NCBI GenBank assembly: GCA_964252035.1
Contig: OZ176200.1
DNA length: 64,000 nt
Source: Podarcis erhardii
Lineage: Eukaryota
Direction: 5' to 3' (one strand)
The translations under genes and the position numbers were made by a program. The notes beneath the pieces are model-generated. The model saw only the letters and a list, made by a program, of their open reading frames with translations. It ran no database searches and was not told where the DNA came from. The first letter of the stretch is position 1. Each line of letters starts with the position of its first letter. Positions 60,289 to 64,000 of the stretch are shown here, in pieces.

Positions 60289-60511
60289 CTTTTTGTGCTG
60301 CAGACGCCTGGGCAGGTAGGGCATTTCTCACACGTCTCTCCAAAGGCACCCGGTTCTGTGCACTGGCATTTCCCACAAATGCAGTTGCCTCGGCCGCTGC
60401 ACATCTGGCCATCGTTGGAAAGGCACTGGCCCGTCTCTGTCGAGCAGTTGCAGTTCTCCCCAATGTAACCACGGTGGCATTTGCACTCCCCACAGTGGCA
60501 TTCCCCATGAC
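60289..60511 (-). CDS. ITGB5: Integrin beta-5 I-EGF exon (most upstream exon in window)
   Basis: ctag|(G)[11 protein letters not shown]...[14 protein letters not shown]...[14 protein letters not shown](R)|gtattg; 223 nt. Confidence 0.97.
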
Positions 60512-60654
60512 CTAGAGGCAAATTGAACAGAGCAGGCGTCACTTATGCTGCCAACAAAATGGGGACACAGTTCCAGAAGACAGCTGAAAATCCAATTAAG
60601 AGGCAGTAATGCTACCCAAGAGCCAATGTGTTCAATGATAAAAAGTCTTAGCTC

Positions 60655-60800
60655 AGCCATAGACTCACTGTGAGACTTTGGGAACATCACTGTTCTCACT
60701 GCTGGTCTGAAAAATGGGGATATTAAATGAGCTACCTCACAGGATTGGGTTGAAAGCAAACACATTAAAGATTGCAATACTGTGCAAATTAAAAGTGTTA
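60655..60800. mobile_element. Ancient MIR/CORE-SINE-like fragment
   Basis: ctgtgagactttggg...aaaatggggatattaaatgagctacctcacagg resembles the MIR core; second fragment at about 60060-60125. Confidence 0.5.
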
Positions 60801-63800
60801 TGTAGTAGTAAAAAGGGCAATAGCAGGAATAAGTAAAAACTGACTATGGAGGGAGACATCACATTCAGCAAAAAGTGTCACCTACAAACTATGGTGTAGT
60901 TCTCACAGGCTGCACATGAGATGGTATTCCCATCTGTTGTCAGCTGTACCCCGTCAAACTGCAGGTGGGGACTAGCTTTACTGATTCCTCCCCACAACAA
61001 TGCAAACCAGCCAACCAACAAGGATAAACAAAGCACATGTAACATACTTCTGATGCCATCCTCTACATAGGAATGTAGCAAAGCCCCAAATCATCAAGCT
61101 GGCCAGACATCTTATTTGTAACACATGTATCCCTTCCCTCTCCCCTTCAAGGGTATCCAAGGATGGTCCATTTTATCTTCGACCGCTGCTCGGGAGATGA
61201 CAAGTTCCCGCAAGTTCTATCAAAGTCTCTCTGGGCTAATGGTTGCATGTGCATGCCCATCCCTTGGCCTCTAAATCTGCTTTGGAGGGGGGGGGGAAAC
61301 AGCAAGTTTAGGGGTCACACTGGGAGTAGGAGGGAGAGAAAAAGTCCCATTGTGGAGGTGAACCTCATACCCCACTTAGCACTACATGGAATTCCACTCT
61401 TGGGCTCAACCCCAACACACTCAACACCAGAACTCAACAAAGGCTAAAATTAATTGGCATGAGAATAGCTACACAAGGACTGCTAGACTCAAAGTAAAAA
61501 GTAACAAGGCTATACATTTGATATGTTCCGGAATAAAGGACACTTTTAAAACAGGTGGCATCTCATTTGTAGATCCCACCTGGCAAGCGTAAGCTGTACA
61601 GCATACAAACCAAGGGGCTAAGCAAGAAAATTAAAATAGAAGCAAGTTCCTAGTTATTGTTTCAAGTGGAGCAAAAGTTCAGACACACTCTTTTTGGCTC
61701 TTGATTATTTCCTGATGCAGCTGAAGGAATATGTTCTTAGTTAAACCCCACCCTCTTTTTTTCATCCTCGTCTGTTTTGCACTAACAAATATTTAATCTT
61801 ATTAAATATTTTCATCTCAGAGTCTCTTTCCTTGTTTTGAAATAACAGATTCTACTTTGCGCCAACACCAACAAACATTAAAAGGCTACTACAGACCTTG
61901 CAGCACTGCTGTTGACAATATTTTGCAGCAATCTCTCCCTGGAGGAATCATTTCTTAGCTGCTTATGATAAAAACCATTCACAGAGGTTGTGACTTGCTA
62001 TTTAGGATACTTGGAAATAAGAGGATCTTAAAAAGCATGCGTATCTGAGCCAACCAAACAACTTCAGGCCAGCCACTTTGGGATGTTCAACATATTCGAA
62101 AAGTAGAGGTCCCTGGCTCCCCTCCTTAGACATTTGGGTGGGGGTGGGGGTGTGTAGAACCTGCAGTAACTTTCCTACTAGAGTCAATGAGGTTACATTG
62201 GAAAGAAAACATATATAACATAATGCCTTGATTTATTTAATTCCCCCCCCCCTCTATTCCAAAGGTGAACAGTCTTTGTTTTAATGTATTGCTATCACAT
62301 CTGAACCTCACAGTGGAGTAGATTAGGCTGAGGAAAAGTGACTTGCATTGAAAGTTTCGTGGCTGAACCCAGCACTCACTTCTGCTTTCCTCGTACATGT
62401 CTCCTGGAACTGTAAGGGCATTGAACAAGGACTACATCACCCTAAAGTTTTGCATAATGTGAAGCAGGATGGAAGAGTATATTAGCGGTAACCTAAGGGC
62501 TGCAGGCCATTTCAACCTAAGAGGTGTTGGATACAGCCCCACCAGACTTTCTGGGAATCCTGTGAATGCTGCTTGACACTCCAAAGCCAGCATCACTTCC
62601 AGAGCAGCACATAACACACAAATAATAAACAAATTGTAGCAAAAGCGCTGGAGTGCTAAAGATGGTTTTTTATGCAGACAACAACTTTAAAACATCCAGG
62701 AATATAGATTGGTTCAGCTGTGAAATTCCCAGTTCTAACCACATAGTGTTAAAGCCAGTCCACAAGCCCATGTCCCCCATACCCACCTGACATCATAGGT
62801 GACGACAGGTGTGGGGCAGGTAAGGAAGCAGCTACAAAGAAAGACTTGCAAGCTTGCAACTTAGAAGTTATTTTGCTGTCAGCAAGCCCCACTTTATCCA
62901 CCTGAAGGTGGCACTGATGGCAAGGTTGACTGCCAAGATACTAAACCAAGTGGTGTTTTGTTAATTTAAAAAAAAATGAATCATCAAATGAGACTGTCCC
63001 TCCTCTGTGGTAGCAGGTAGCTACTGTGGTATGTTATTAAGTATGGCACCACCCAACTTTTCTGAAAGTGTATTTGATGGTTTTGTCTGTTTCTAGAGAA
63101 AAATGACAACAAAGGCAGGTAGTTCTCAAAAGTAGCAGTAAATGCTCCTCCTGCCAGATGGGAGAAGTGCATGTGTTTTGACTCGGACGCAAACTGAGGT
63201 TTTGTGATGTGGAGAATTCCATTCAGAAAGAGAGGCACTGGTTAATTTTTGTTGTTTCCATTATTGCAAGGAAAATCTTTGGACACTTAAAAAGTTTGCT
63301 CAGCTGGAATTACCATGAAAGAAACTGAGCTGCAACTGGTTCATTACCAAGATTAAACCAGCTTCCAAGACACGAATGCATCAAGAATTCCCAAGCCTGT
63401 GGCAGTCTGTTTGATATTGGAATATAATCTCAGCCCAAGAAGGGAAAGTGCATTCTAAAAACAAGTCAGAGGTGTCAAAGCAACATACAGAGACTGGGTG
63501 ACTAACACGTCTGAAACAGGGCATTCTGCCTACAGTACTTCAGTTTTAAAAAATGCTACGCCTGAAATTGAATGATTGCAGCATGTTTCAATTGGTGAAT
63601 GAGTTATGTTGCTCTTGAAACAAAATGTCAGCTATATGATAGTAAGGTACCAGTATCAAACGTTTAAAGCATCTCTCTTTTGGGGGTGGGGGTAGTATCA
63701 AGAAACACACATCTGTACCCTAGCATCTGTTGCTGTTAAATAAATATATTTTGTGCACTTGATAAACCCACCATTCTTGTTTTGGTTTTGCATCCAATTT

Positions 63801-64000
63801 ATTAATGCCGTTTGCTAGAAATATTTCACCTGCTTGCCACAAGGAGCTGCTTCTAGTCCAACTCTGAAATGAGATGTCAGATGTTTCCTGCTCTTCCACT
63901 GAAAGCAGTAAACCTAATTCCATGTTTAAAATCAATAGCCAATTTTATTAGAGTGCTCTTAAAAGAGAGCAGACTGACAACCTGATCGTTTCCATGCAAC

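Noticed and set aside
60512-64000. Further ITGB5 exons
   Set aside because: No Cys-rich I-EGF frame with splice sites was found; the next exon lies beyond the window.

Overview
Vertebrate genomic DNA, most likely from a squamate reptile. The repeat set (RTE-BovB/Sauria-type tails, a tRNA-Lys/CR1-tail SINE, abundant CAGTGGTACCTC MITEs) points to a lacertid lizard, which is inference. Three genes lie in the conserved KALRN-UMPS-ITGB5 order. (1) The 3' part of KALRN (+): 20 coding exons from 217 to 33641 in one continuous spliced frame, covering the end of DH2, PH2, SH3, Ig, FN3 and kinase domains. (2) The complete UMPS gene (+): 6 exons, 39520-45121, 474 aa, with a CpG-island promoter. (3) The last five coding exons of ITGB5 (-), 60511 down to 50460. 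The rest is intron, UTR and intergenic sequence with DNA-transposon MITEs, SINEs, LINE 3' fragments and microsatellites. I found no prokaryote-type system, CRISPR array or intact autonomous mobile element. The best leads concern KALRN isoform architecture: a candidate internal first exon (ATG AGT GCA GCC|GTAAGT at 19747) that would give a ~551-aa Ig-FN3-kinase-only protein, a read-through terminal exon after the SH3 exon with tandem poly(A) signals, and a 60-nt exon with a 100-nt AG-exclusion zone. Exon boundaries were read by eye from GT-AG sites and frame continuity. Orthologue comparisons are from memory of the human proteins; no database search was run.
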